This document shows positions 37,211 through 45,822 of a DNA stretch of 64,000 bases, in pieces. The stretch comes from an uncultured Gammaproteobacteria bacterium. GTDB taxonomy: Bacteria > Patescibacteriota > Patescibacteriia > Magasanikbacterales > GCA-002688135. The position numbers were made by a program, and so were the translations under genes. The DNA lies in NCBI GenBank assembly GCA_964536205.1, contig CAZHVT010000004.1, forward strand, positions 17,960 to 81,959. Direction: 5' to 3'. Under the pieces are notes generated by a model. It saw nothing but the letters and a program-made list of their open reading frames with translations, made no database searches and was not told the DNA's origin. The first letter of the stretch is position 1. The number at the start of each line of letters is the position of its first letter.

Positions 37211-38683
37211 CTATTTTTTAGGCAAAACTCCCTTAATCCAATCAGAAATAGACTTCTTCGCATGCGTACGAATGCGAGATTTCGCGATAGATGTTTTCAC
37301 AAAATTGATCCAATCTGCACTTGGACCCTTTCGGTTCTTATCAGTTATTACCTCAACCACATCACCACTTTTCAAAGGTGTATCAAGTCGAGTAAGCTCG
37401 CCATTCACACGAGCTCCAGAACATTTATTTCCAATATCTGTATGAATCGCATATGCAAAATCAACCGGCGTAGCATCTTCCGGCAAATCAATAACATCAC
37501 CTTTAGGAGTAATGACAAAAATACGACTCTGAAAAAAATCCAATTTAATCGATTCTATATCCTTCAGGCCCTTCACCATTTCTTTATGCACACGAGCTAA
37601 CTCATCAATCCAGCGCCTGTGTCGTTCTGGCATTTTTGAAGTTTTCGCATTCTCATTATAATGCCAATGCGCAGCCAAACCATACTCGGCCGCTTCATGC
37701 ATTTCTTCGGTTCGAATCTGAAACTCCACAATTTCACCACCCATCGCAAAAACCGTCGTATGCAATGATTGATATCCATTTGGTTTTGGTTGAGAAATAT
37801 AATCTTTAATTCGTCCCTTCAAAGGTTTCCACAAATTATGCAAAACACCAAGCGTGCTATAACACTGCGCAACATCCGGCACGATCACTCGAATCGCAAT
37901 CAAATCATAAATCTTTGTAATATCTCGATCATATTTTTCCAATTTTCGATGTAACGAATACAAATGTTTCAATCGACCAACCATAGATTTCATCTGAATC
38001 CCAGAACGTTTCAATTCCTTTTGCGCAATTTTCATCACCGTATTGATATACTCATTCTTAGCATCATACCTCTGTTGCACAATTTTCTTCACATAATCAA
38101 AACGTTTCGGATATACATATTGAAATGCTAAATCCTCGATCGTTCCCTTCATTTCACCCATCCCCAAACGTGAGGCAACAGGAGAAAAAATCTCAAGTGA
38201 TTCCAGTGCAATTCGATACTGTTTTTTTGGAGGAAGAGATTCAAGTGTACGGAGATTATCAATACGATCAGCAAACTTCACGATCAAAGATCGAGCGTCT
38301 GCAGCCATAGCAATAAAAAAACGCCGCATATTCTCAACATAGCGAGAAACACCGCGATACTTCACCTTACCGACCTTCGTAACACCCTCAACAATCGAAC
38401 CAACGTCCTCACCAAATTCCTTTGTGATGGTTTCCAAAGTAACATCAGTGTCTTCTGGAACATCATGCAGCATCCCTGCAATCACAATTGGTAATTGCAA
38501 TTCCATTTCAGCTAGAGTAATCGCTGTACGAAGAGGATGATTGACATATGGCTCGCCAGACATGCGCCGCTGTCCTTTATGTGCATCAACTGCAAGCTTG
38601 TAGGCTTTTTCTACCAAATCAAAATCAGCGTCTTTGTGGTACGCTTTGATGGTGCTGATGAGTTGGTCGTATTCGCTAGCCAT
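37211..38683 (-). CDS. (p)ppGpp synthetase/hydrolase RelA/SpoT family (HD, synthetase and TGS domains; no ACT)
   Basis: HD motif MLHDVPEDT, synthetase-domain region, C-terminal TGS-like region. 490 aa. Confidence 0.88.
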   Translation of the reverse strand: MASEYDQLISTIKAYHKDADFDLVEKAYKLAVDAHKGQRRMSGEPYVNHPLRTAITLAEMELQLPIVIAGMLHDVPEDTDVTLETITKEFGEDVGSIVEGVTKVGKVKYRGVSRYVENMRRFFIAMAADARSLIVKFADRIDNLRTLESLPPKKQYRIALESLEIFSPVASRLGMGEMKGTIEDLAFQYVYPKRFDYVKKIVQQRYDAKNEYINTVMKIAQKELKRSGIQMKSMVGRLKHLYSLHRKLEKYDRDITKIYDLIAIRVIVPDVAQCYSTLGVLHNLWKPLKGRIKDYISQPKPNGYQSLHTTVFAMGGEIVEFQIRTEEMHEAAEYGLAAHWHYNENAKTSKMPERHRRWIDELARVHKEMVKGLKDIESIKLDFFQSRIFVITPKGDVIDLPEDATPVDFAYAIHTDIGNKCSGARVNGELTRLDTPLKSGDVVEVITDKNRKGPSADWINFVKTSIAKSRIRTHAKKSISDWIKGVLPKK

Positions 38684-38689
38684 TGTGAG

Positions 38690-38798
38690 GAATTATGAAT
38701 CAAGAATTATGAATAATGGACTAAGAGGGGGTTGGGCGACGCCCAGTAATTATAAATCGTCGCTACGCGACACATTCCCATACCTCATTATTCATACT
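38690..38798. repeat. composite element C1: outer ATTATGAAT-word stem enclosing the conserved core ATAAATCGTCGCTACGCGAC
   Basis: GAATTATGAATCAAGAATTATGAATAATGG...core...CCATACCTCATTATTCATACTTCATGATTC. Between the topA 3' end and the relA start. Confidence 0.6.
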
Positions 38799-40997
38799 TC
38801 ATGATTCTTGTTCCTTTTCTGCAGGAGCTTCGGGTTTCTTAACTCGCGCTAATTGTGTGGCAATCTGCTTCTCATCTTCCTCTGTCTTTTTTCTAGAAAA
38901 ATCACATTCCTTATAATTCGAACACTTCACCTTTGTTTTCCCAGACGCCATCAAAACAGATTTACATGCTTCACAAAATTGATTCTCAAGAGGCATCCCC
39001 CACAGCGCATAATCACATGTTGGATATGTTGAACATCCATAGAATATCTTACCACGCCGAGTCTTTCTCTCAACCAATGGAGCTTTGCATGTAAAACACG
39101 GAACACCAATTTCCTTTGGCACAGCTTTTTCTTTCTTATCTTTTTCAAGCGGCTCTGTATGCTTGCAATCTGGATATCCTGAACACGCATAAAATTTCCC
39201 ATAACGCCCCACACGAATAATCACATCCTTTCCACACTCACTACATTTCTTATCCGTTTTCTCCATCACAATATCTTCTTTTTTCACTTCTTCAGTCTTC
39301 TTCTCAAGATTATCTTTAAATGGTTTATAAAAATCTTTGATGATCGGTTTCCATTTTTTCTCACCATCCGCAATATCATCAAACTGTTCCTCCATATGAG
39401 CCGTAAAATCGTAATCCACAATTTTGGGAAAATGCGCCACAAGCACATCATTCACCACCTCACCAATATCAGTAGGGGAGAATCGACGTCGATCCAAACG
39501 CTCAACATAACCACGCGCTTCAATCGTCGCAATAGTCGGTGCATATGTTGAAGGACGCCCAATGCCATGTTCCTCCAAAATCTTCACCAAACTTGCATCA
39601 TTAAATCGTGGAGGAGGTTCAGTGAAATGTTGTTCTGGAATGATGGATTGTACGGTCAATTCCTCTCCTTCTTTTAATTCAGGAAGCGTACGATCTTTCA
39701 ATTGCTCGGGATACACCGCCAAAAATCCATCAAACACAATCACACTTCCTGTTGTTTTGTAGGTATATGTTTTTTTATCAGAACCATCAATGTTCATCAA
39801 AATGGTTGTTAATCGAGATTGTGCAGGATTCATTTGAGATGCCAACGCTCGACGCCAAATCAAATCATACAATTTCCATTGTTGGTCATTCAAAGAATCT
39901 TTCAACTTGTCTGGAGTTAGCTCAACATGTGTTGGACGAATCGCCTCATGCGCCTCCTGCGCAGATTTTGACTTCGTCTTATATTGATGAGGTTTCTCTG
40001 GAATATATTTGTCAGAAAACGTATGTTTTGCATAATCTCGCGCTGCTGCCAAATACTCTTCTGATAAATTCACAGAATCCGTACGCATATACGTAATCAA
40101 ACCAGTCGTTCCTTCTTCACCGGGAGTTTCAATACCTTCATACAATTGTTGCGCTAAACGCATGATATTTTTCGCCGACCATCCAAATTTTGAATGAGCT
40201 GCTTGTTGCAGAGTAGAAGTGGTAAAAGGCGCATTTGGATTTCGCTTTTTATCCTTCTGTTCAATGCTTTTGATTTTTGCTTTCTTGTCCTTGCATGCAT
40301 CCACAATCGCATGCGCATCCTTTTCATTTCCTATACTCAACTTCTCCAATTTCTCATCATCAATTTTAAATAATGCACCTTCAAGCGGATGATCTTTTGC
40401 ATTATCAGAAAGAAACATCCCATCAATACTCCAATATTCGTCTGGTTTAAATTTACGAATTTCACGCTCGCGCTCAACAATCAAACGAACGGCAACAGAT
40501 TGCACACGACCTGCAGACAATCCCCGCGTAACTTTCTTCCACAGAAAAGGGGATAACTCATATCCAACCAATCGATCCAAAACACGTCGCGCTTGCTGCG
40601 CATCAACACGAGCCAAGTCAATTTTACGAGGATTTTCCAAAGCTTTTAAAATGGCTTTTTTGGTAATTTCATGAAACGCAATACGCTTAACTTTCGCAGG
40701 ATCTAATTTCAAAATGTGAGCTAAGTGCCAAGAAATAGCCTCTCCCTCGCGATCTTCATCAGTAGCAAACAAAATCTCATCCGACTCTTTCGCTAACTTC
40801 CGCAATTTCGCAACCTGCTTTTTCTTATCAGGCATCACGTCATACTCCGGCTCAAAATCACCTTCAGTATCAATCCCCATAGTTTTTTTAGGGAGATCAC
40901 GAAGATGGCCATACGAAGATTCAACAACGTATTCTTTGGGTAAAAATTTCGTGATAGTTTTGGCTTTGGTTGGGGACTCTACGATGACAAGTTTCAT
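38799..40997 (-). CDS. topA: DNA topoisomerase I with C-terminal zinc-ribbon repeats
   Basis: TOPRIM N-terminus, active-site Tyr region, repeated C-x2-C...C-x2-C fingers. 732 aa. Confidence 0.95.
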   Translation of the reverse strand: MKLVIVESPTKAKTITKFLPKEYVVESSYGHLRDLPKKTMGIDTEGDFEPEYDVMPDKKKQVAKLRKLAKESDEILFATDEDREGEAISWHLAHILKLDPAKVKRIAFHEITKKAILKALENPRKIDLARVDAQQARRVLDRLVGYELSPFLWKKVTRGLSAGRVQSVAVRLIVEREREIRKFKPDEYWSIDGMFLSDNAKDHPLEGALFKIDDEKLEKLSIGNEKDAHAIVDACKDKKAKIKSIEQKDKKRNPNAPFTTSTLQQAAHSKFGWSAKNIMRLAQQLYEGIETPGEEGTTGLITYMRTDSVNLSEEYLAAARDYAKHTFSDKYIPEKPHQYKTKSKSAQEAHEAIRPTHVELTPDKLKDSLNDQQWKLYDLIWRRALASQMNPAQSRLTTILMNIDGSDKKTYTYKTTGSVIVFDGFLAVYPEQLKDRTLPELKEGEELTVQSIIPEQHFTEPPPRFNDASLVKILEEHGIGRPSTYAPTIATIEARGYVERLDRRRFSPTDIGEVVNDVLVAHFPKIVDYDFTAHMEEQFDDIADGEKKWKPIIKDFYKPFKDNLEKKTEEVKKEDIVMEKTDKKCSECGKDVIIRVGRYGKFYACSGYPDCKHTEPLEKDKKEKAVPKEIGVPCFTCKAPLVERKTRRGKIFYGCSTYPTCDYALWGMPLENQFCEACKSVLMASGKTKVKCSNYKECDFSRKKTEEDEKQIATQLARVKKPEAPAEKEQES

Positions 40998-41003
40998 AAT
41001 TTT

Positions 41004-41090
41004 TCGTAACGAGTAAAGCGTAATGCGTAAAGAGGGATTTCGCCTTCGGCGATCGCTTTACGCTTTGCGCATTACGCTTTACGAACTACC
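41004..41090. repeat. word-built palindrome, family 2 (CGTAAAGCG words around GGGATTTCGCCTTCGGCGATCGC), copy a
   Basis: Right arm overlaps the last 5 codons of the rimK-like gene. Near-reverse-complement of copy b at 44250-44313. Confidence 0.65.
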
Positions 41091-41947
41091 TGAGCAAGAA
41101 AATCCATGATTTCAGCAGCAACATCGATACCAGTAGCCATCTCAAAATGCTGGAAACCTGGATTGCGATTTACTTCCAAGATCTTCATAACTCCTTCATG
41201 CTCGCGCATATCAACCCCAGCAACAGGAATGTGTAACACAGCCGCAGCAGAAACAGCAATATCTCGCATGTTATCTGTCATGTCAAATGATTCGAATTGT
41301 GAACCTAAGTCTGTATTCGATCGAAACTCTCCATCAACAGGAATTTTTTTCACAGCTCCAAGCGCAACACCATCAACAACAAACACACGAAAATCATGCG
41401 GAGCGTCAAGGTATTCTTGCACAATAAAAGTTCCTACAGGGCCAGAAGCCACAGCACGCCGTACATCATTCATTGTATCACAGCGACGAATGTCAGTCCC
41501 ATGCGATCCGTGAATCGGTTTGATGATGACCGGAAATGTAAATGAGGCTTCCACAGCATCTATGGAAGGTTCATGTGTGAGAAAAGATGTGTGAGGAATA
41601 GGGAGTTGCGCGGATTTCAACTTCATCATTTGATGAAGCTTATTCCACACAAATGGCACATCAATCAAAGCAGGATTTGCAACCGTAATATGTTTGCGCT
41701 CCAAAGCTTGCGCAAGAGAAAGATACGCAGAAATAAACTGCGGATGCATATCACGAAAAAAAGCTACATCAAATGAATCGTGTGAAATCTCATTTCCATC
41801 AACAATTATGTGTTCACCAAGCTCGTCCACAGAAAGAGAAATCGATTCCATATGAACAACGCGAGCTTCATGATCGCGCGCGTTGGCTTCCTCAATGATT
41901 CTTAGATTTCCAGGGCTTTCTGGATTGCCCAATATAAGTAGTTTCAT
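41072..41947 (-). CDS. RimK-like ATP-grasp ligase
   Basis: 291 aa, ATP-grasp fold (FPVIIKPIHGSHGTDIRRC..., EYLDAPHDFRVFVV). Confidence 0.7.
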   Translation of the reverse strand: MKLLILGNPESPGNLRIIEEANARDHEARVVHMESISLSVDELGEHIIVDGNEISHDSFDVAFFRDMHPQFISAYLSLAQALERKHITVANPALIDVPFVWNKLHQMMKLKSAQLPIPHTSFLTHEPSIDAVEASFTFPVIIKPIHGSHGTDIRRCDTMNDVRRAVASGPVGTFIVQEYLDAPHDFRVFVVDGVALGAVKKIPVDGEFRSNTDLGSQFESFDMTDNMRDIAVSAAAVLHIPVAGVDMREHEGVMKILEVNRNPGFQHFEMATGIDVAAEIMDFLAQVVRKA

Positions 41948-41949
41948 AA

Positions 41950-42060
41950 AGCTCGCGACTTAAGAACTTAAGAACCAAAGAACTGAAGAACTCACGCACT
42001 GAAATTGGCAGCTACAAATGAGAGATTGCCGAGTTCATAAGTTCTTACGTTCATCAGTTC
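41950..42060. repeat. word-built imperfect palindrome (AAGAACT/AGTTCAT words) between the rimK-like gene and dprA
   Basis: ACTTAAGAACTTAAGAACCAAAGAACTGAAGAACTCACG...CGAGTTCATAAGTTCTTACGTTCATCAGTTCATAAGT. Confidence 0.55.
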
Positions 42061-43174
42061 ATAAGTGGAATGAGATACGAACGTATCTCATTCCCGATAT
42101 CTGTTTGACGATACGTTTTGTTTCAAGCATTGTCAAGAGTGTCATCACGCGCGCTGCCGGTAAATCCGCCTTCACAATACAATCATCAATATGCAACGCT
42201 TCATGAGATAAAAGACTCAAAATAAGAGCTTCTTCTGGAGATGTTGGTTCATAATCCACGCGAGTTTGCTCATCACTTTCAATCTGAAAAACATTCAAAA
42301 TATCTTCCGAAGATGTCACACAATGCGCACCCATGGCAATTAATGTATTACAACCCTTGGAGGTTTGAGAAAATACAGATCCAGGCGATGCAAACACCTC
42401 ACGATTTTGCTCCAAGGCAACTCGTGCTGTAATCAACGAACCAGATTTTTCTGCAGCCTCAACAACAAATGTCCCGCGCGACAATCCTGAAATAATACGA
42501 TTACGAAGTGGAAAGTGATGTTTGAGTGGGGGAGTGTGTGGGGGGAATTCAGAAATCACTGCTCCGCCAGACTCAATAATTCTCTTTGCTAATTGCGCAT
42601 GTTGTCGAGGATATACATGTGCATCGTCATTTCCCGAACCCAAAACCGCAACTGTATATCCATCAGATTGTAAAGTCTGTTCATGAGCGCGACCATCCAC
42701 ACCCAAAGCCAATCCAGAAATAATAGAACATCCAGACTTCACCAAAGATGGCATAATAGTATCAATAATTTGCTCGCCATAATGCGACATTTTCCGAGAG
42801 CCGACCACTGCAATCGGCATGTCTATACTTGGATTCAAAAACCCACGAACAAACAACACAGCTGGCGGATCAAAAATGTGTGAAAGCAATTCAGGAAAAT
42901 CATCATCAAAAAAACAGACCAACCGAATGTCCTGTTTTGAAAGTAAGCTAGAAAATTTGGAAATATCAAAACGTTTACGATGTTCAATAAACTCATTCAC
43001 CAACCCATCTGTAATGCGTGCATTTTGAAGTTCGGAATGTGACGCTCCCCAAGCACGCTCCATCGAACCAAAATGGTTATGCAGTTGTCGTAATCGAACA
43101 CTGCCGAATTTCGGAAAAGATGTGCATGCTATCCAGTAGTCTTGTTCGGTATGAGGGCTTGACATAAGCTGCAA
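42059..43174 (-). CDS. dprA: DNA processing protein DprA (Smf)
   Basis: Rossmann-like DprA core VVGSRKMSHYG...GLALGVDGRAHE...GSLITAR. Confidence 0.85.
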   Translation of the reverse strand: MQLMSSPHTEQDYWIACTSFPKFGSVRLRQLHNHFGSMERAWGASHSELQNARITDGLVNEFIEHRKRFDISKFSSLLSKQDIRLVCFFDDDFPELLSHIFDPPAVLFVRGFLNPSIDMPIAVVGSRKMSHYGEQIIDTIMPSLVKSGCSIISGLALGVDGRAHEQTLQSDGYTVAVLGSGNDDAHVYPRQHAQLAKRIIESGGAVISEFPPHTPPLKHHFPLRNRIISGLSRGTFVVEAAEKSGSLITARVALEQNREVFASPGSVFSQTSKGCNTLIAMGAHCVTSSEDILNVFQIESDEQTRVDYEPTSPEEALILSLLSHEALHIDDCIVKADLPAARVMTLLTMLETKRIVKQISGMRYVRISFHL

Positions 43175-43212
43175 AAACTGTTAGTATGGCGTCACGTCAA
43201 AAGGAGGCGTTC

Positions 43213-43482
43213 ATGGAAGTCATTTCGATCACTTCACCCCCGATCGATCGTAACAAACAAATTCAATTCTGTCTGAAGTGCAGCATCATCATTCACGAGC
43301 CGATTGATGAATTCAGCGTGTGTAACCACAATTCCAGTATTACCCTGGAGTTGACCGGTTTCGATCACGGAACTGGTGTCGAATGCATGGAGCGCGACTG
43401 CGCTTTCAATGGGATTGGACGATCGCCAAGCGAGCTGTCCAGAATGTTGATTGGACACGCCGAGCGTCACAAAAAGAGTTGA
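43213..43482 (+). CDS. hypothetical Cys-rich small protein
   Basis: RBS AAAGGAGG 5 nt before ATG 43213. Followed by terminator 43488-43517. Slightly GC-richer than flanks. Confidence 0.35.
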   Translation: MEVISITSPPIDRNKQIQFCLKCSIIIHEPIDEFSVCNHNSSITLELTGFDHGTGVECMERDCAFNGIGRSPSELSRMLIGHAERHKKS

Positions 43483-43487
43483 ACGCA

Positions 43488-43517
43488 GCCCTGAACCTAT
43501 GTGGTTCGGGGCTTTTT
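43488..43517 (+). terminator. terminator of the same hairpin family as the island modules
   Basis: GCCCTGAACC-tatgt-GGTTCGGGGC-TTTTT. Compare CCCGAACC-aacgc-GGTTCGGGG at 30992. Confidence 0.55.
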
Positions 43518-43542
43518 AATTCTCTTTAACAAGCCCAAAACC

Positions 43543-43585
43543 TATTATACTACAAGCCCAAGGGGCTTGTAGTATAATAGGATCT
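43543..43585. repeat. perfect 19-bp palindrome CCTATTATACTACAAGCCC / GGGCTTGTAGTATAATAGG. A third (direct) copy at 43705-43725 overlaps the pth stop
   Basis: The two arms are separated by 3 nt. The copy at 43705 (CCTATTATACAACAAGCCC) is inverted relative to the right arm and lies about 120 nt away, a MITE-like geometry. Confidence 0.55.
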
Positions 43586-43709
43586 TTGCCAAAATTTCCA
43601 TATTGAAGCTCAATTCTACAAAAAGTTTTTTGCCTTAGCTACTGCTAGGGCTGCAAAACTTATTTGAAGAATTGATCATTCAATCTGAAAATTTGTGACT
43701 GAAAACCTA

Positions 43710-44240
43710 TTATACAACAAGCCCCTCAACATAATCTTCCACACCGGAAAAAGTTGAAATAAGTTTTTTGTAATCGTCTGGAGAAAAATTCTTTAAAACA
43801 AGATCAATAGAAGATGTATCATCGCCATCCGGACGCACACCAAGCCTAATCCGCTCAAAATCCTGACTACCAACATGCGAAATAATAGATGCAATCCCTT
43901 TGTGCCCTGCAGACCCTCGGTTAGACTGAATTTTCATGCCACCAACCGCAAGATCAGTATCATCATGAATAACAATCAAATCTGTTGGATCCATTTTGTA
44001 CCATTTCAAAAGCGCGAAAACACATTGACCGGACTCATTCATAAAAGAATTCGGCTTTGCGAACAAAAACTTTGTGCCCTCAAATGTACAATCAGCAACA
44101 AAACAATTTGTCTTTTTCATTAAGCTCCATGCTTCACACTCAAAATGTTCTGCTAAATAATCCACAGCCAAGTATCCAGCATTGTGTCGGGTGAGTTTGT
44201 ATTCATCGCCTGGATTACCAAGGCCTATTACAATTTTCAT
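43710..44240 (-). CDS. pth: peptidyl-tRNA hydrolase
   Basis: Internal Met gives MKIVIGLGNPGDEY...H..G. The longer track ORF adds a non-conserved N-terminus. Confidence 0.9.
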   Translation of the reverse strand: MKIVIGLGNPGDEYKLTRHNAGYLAVDYLAEHFECEAWSLMKKTNCFVADCTFEGTKFLFAKPNSFMNESGQCVFALLKWYKMDPTDLIVIHDDTDLAVGGMKIQSNRGSAGHKGIASIISHVGSQDFERIRLGVRPDGDDTSSIDLVLKNFSPDDYKKLISTFSGVEDYVEGLVV

Positions 44241-44249
44241 ATGAATTTT

Positions 44250-44313
44250 GTAATGCGTAAAGCGATCGCCAAAGGCGAAATCCCGCATTACGCTTTACGA
44301 ATTACGCATTACT
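44250..44313. repeat. word-built palindrome, family 2, copy b
   Basis: GTAATGCGTAAAGCGATCGCCAAAGGCGAAATCCCGCATTACGCTTTACGAATTACGCATTAC. Confidence 0.65.
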
Positions 44314-45709
44314 TCTTTATATAAAACACCATCGGCACCCCCTCAAAACCAAACACACGCCGAATCTGTCGCTGCAAATAACGCAAATACGTTTCATGTA
44401 AATCCGTCTTCGCTTTGAGCTTCAGCTCAAACACAGGAGGAGATATCGCAATTTGTTTAATCGAAAATATTTGTGGGTGTCGTACGCCCTTTCCTTTTGT
44501 GGGCAAATGTTTGCGTTTAATCTTTTCAAATGCTTCTTCAAGTTCTACTGGGTCAAGCCATTTTTTTCGTTCATGATCAATTTTCTCAATCATCGGAAAC
44601 AATCGAAGTACATGTCTTCCTGTCAAAGCTGATAGATACACAATCGGTGCAAAACGCACGAACTTAAAAATCCTCGTAATATATTGTAGATAATGTTCAC
44701 GCGCATCATTATACTTCTGCGATTTATCTGTAATCCGCAAAAAGCTAAAATCTTCATGTCCTTCTGACGTAAGATCCCATTTATTTGCCACAATAATAAT
44801 CGGTTTTTTTGAATCCTCAATCAGCCCAGCCAAGTGTTTATCCTGCGATGAAATCGGCTGTGAGCTATCCAACACAAATAAAATAACATCAGCCTCTTTA
44901 ATTTGATTGATAGATTGCGAAACTCCCTTTTGCTCAATTCCTTTTCCAACTCGAGATTTTTTTCGAATCCCAGCTGTATCAATAAACAAGAAATGATGAC
45001 CTTCCCATGAGACAAGCGTATCAAATGTCTCGCGCGTCGTATGTGGAATATCAGAAACAATAACCGCATCCTCTCCAATTAATTCATTGAACAACGAAGA
45101 TTTCCCAACATTTGGTTTTCCAATGAGTGCTATCTTCACCGTATCTTCGGGAAGCTCTTGGGTTGGTGTTTCAGAAACATCAAGCTGATCATATATAAGA
45201 TCCAACAAATCACCGACCCCTTTTCCTGTGGATGCAGAAACAGGTTCTGGATCACCAAATCCCAGTCCACGCCATTTCTGTTGATGCACTTCAGTAATGA
45301 GTTGCATGGTGTCCGCTTTGTTTGCTGCCAAAATCACAGGTTTTTCAGAAGCCTGTAATTTCAACGCCATTCGTTTATCATCATGATCAAGCGGTGCACG
45401 TACATCGATCACAAACACAATCACATCAGCCTGCTCAATTGCGAGATTCACTTGATGAATAACATCTTCAGCAAACGGATCGTCAGCAGGAGCAACCATT
45501 CCGCCTGTATCAATAAATCTGATGGGCTGTCCTCGCCAATATGCGATTGCGCGGTTGCTCGTTCGAGTTGTTCCCTCAATATCAGTCACGATCGCAGAGT
45601 ACTTCCCAGTAATCACATTAAACAACGTAGATTTCCCAACATTAACACGACCTACTAGCGCTACAGTCGGCATTGAATCTTCTTGTTTTGTGGCAGAGGT
45701 TAAGGTCAT
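44309..45709 (-). CDS. der: GTPase Der/EngA (tandem G domains plus KH-like C-terminus)
   Basis: Two P-loops (GRVNVGKSTLFN, GKPNVGKSSLFN) and two DxxG/NKxD sets. Confidence 0.9.
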   Translation of the reverse strand: MTLTSATKQEDSMPTVALVGRVNVGKSTLFNVITGKYSAIVTDIEGTTRTSNRAIAYWRGQPIRFIDTGGMVAPADDPFAEDVIHQVNLAIEQADVIVFVIDVRAPLDHDDKRMALKLQASEKPVILAANKADTMQLITEVHQQKWRGLGFGDPEPVSASTGKGVGDLLDLIYDQLDVSETPTQELPEDTVKIALIGKPNVGKSSLFNELIGEDAVIVSDIPHTTRETFDTLVSWEGHHFLFIDTAGIRKKSRVGKGIEQKGVSQSINQIKEADVILFVLDSSQPISSQDKHLAGLIEDSKKPIIIVANKWDLTSEGHEDFSFLRITDKSQKYNDAREHYLQYITRIFKFVRFAPIVYLSALTGRHVLRLFPMIEKIDHERKKWLDPVELEEAFEKIKRKHLPTKGKGVRHPQIFSIKQIAISPPVFELKLKAKTDLHETYLRYLQRQIRRVFGFEGVPMVFYIKK

Positions 45710-45722
45710 GTTGTTATGGGAT

Positions 45723-45822
45723 TCGTAAAGCGTAAAGCGTAAAATGTGTCGCGCAGTGACGATCTATAAATCGTCGCTTCAGCGACCAATTTCCCGAGTT
45801 ACGAGTTACGCTTTACGAGTTA
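45723..45822. repeat. composite element C2: outer CGTAAAGCG-word stem enclosing the core ATAAATCGTCGCTTCAGCGAC
   Basis: TCGTAAAGCGTAAAGCGTAAAA...core...TTACGAGTTACGCTTTACGAGTTA. Between the LCP gene 3' end and the der start. Core homologous to C1. Confidence 0.6.

Noticed and set aside
43234-43470. Minus-strand 78-aa ORF overlapping the plus-strand Cys-rich ORF
   Set aside because: The plus-strand ORF has an AAAGGAGG RBS and is followed by a plus-oriented terminator with a T-run. The minus ORF has neither.
44241-44288. N-terminal extensions of track ORFs for pth (44288), ymdB (53995), secY (16259), rplC (6986) and the 50484 gene (51785)
   Set aside because: In each case an internal Met aligns with the conserved family N-terminus, or with an RBS, so the longer ORF-caller starts were trimmed. 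rplW (8516) was kept long because its start abuts rplD and the extension resembles those on other r-proteins here.
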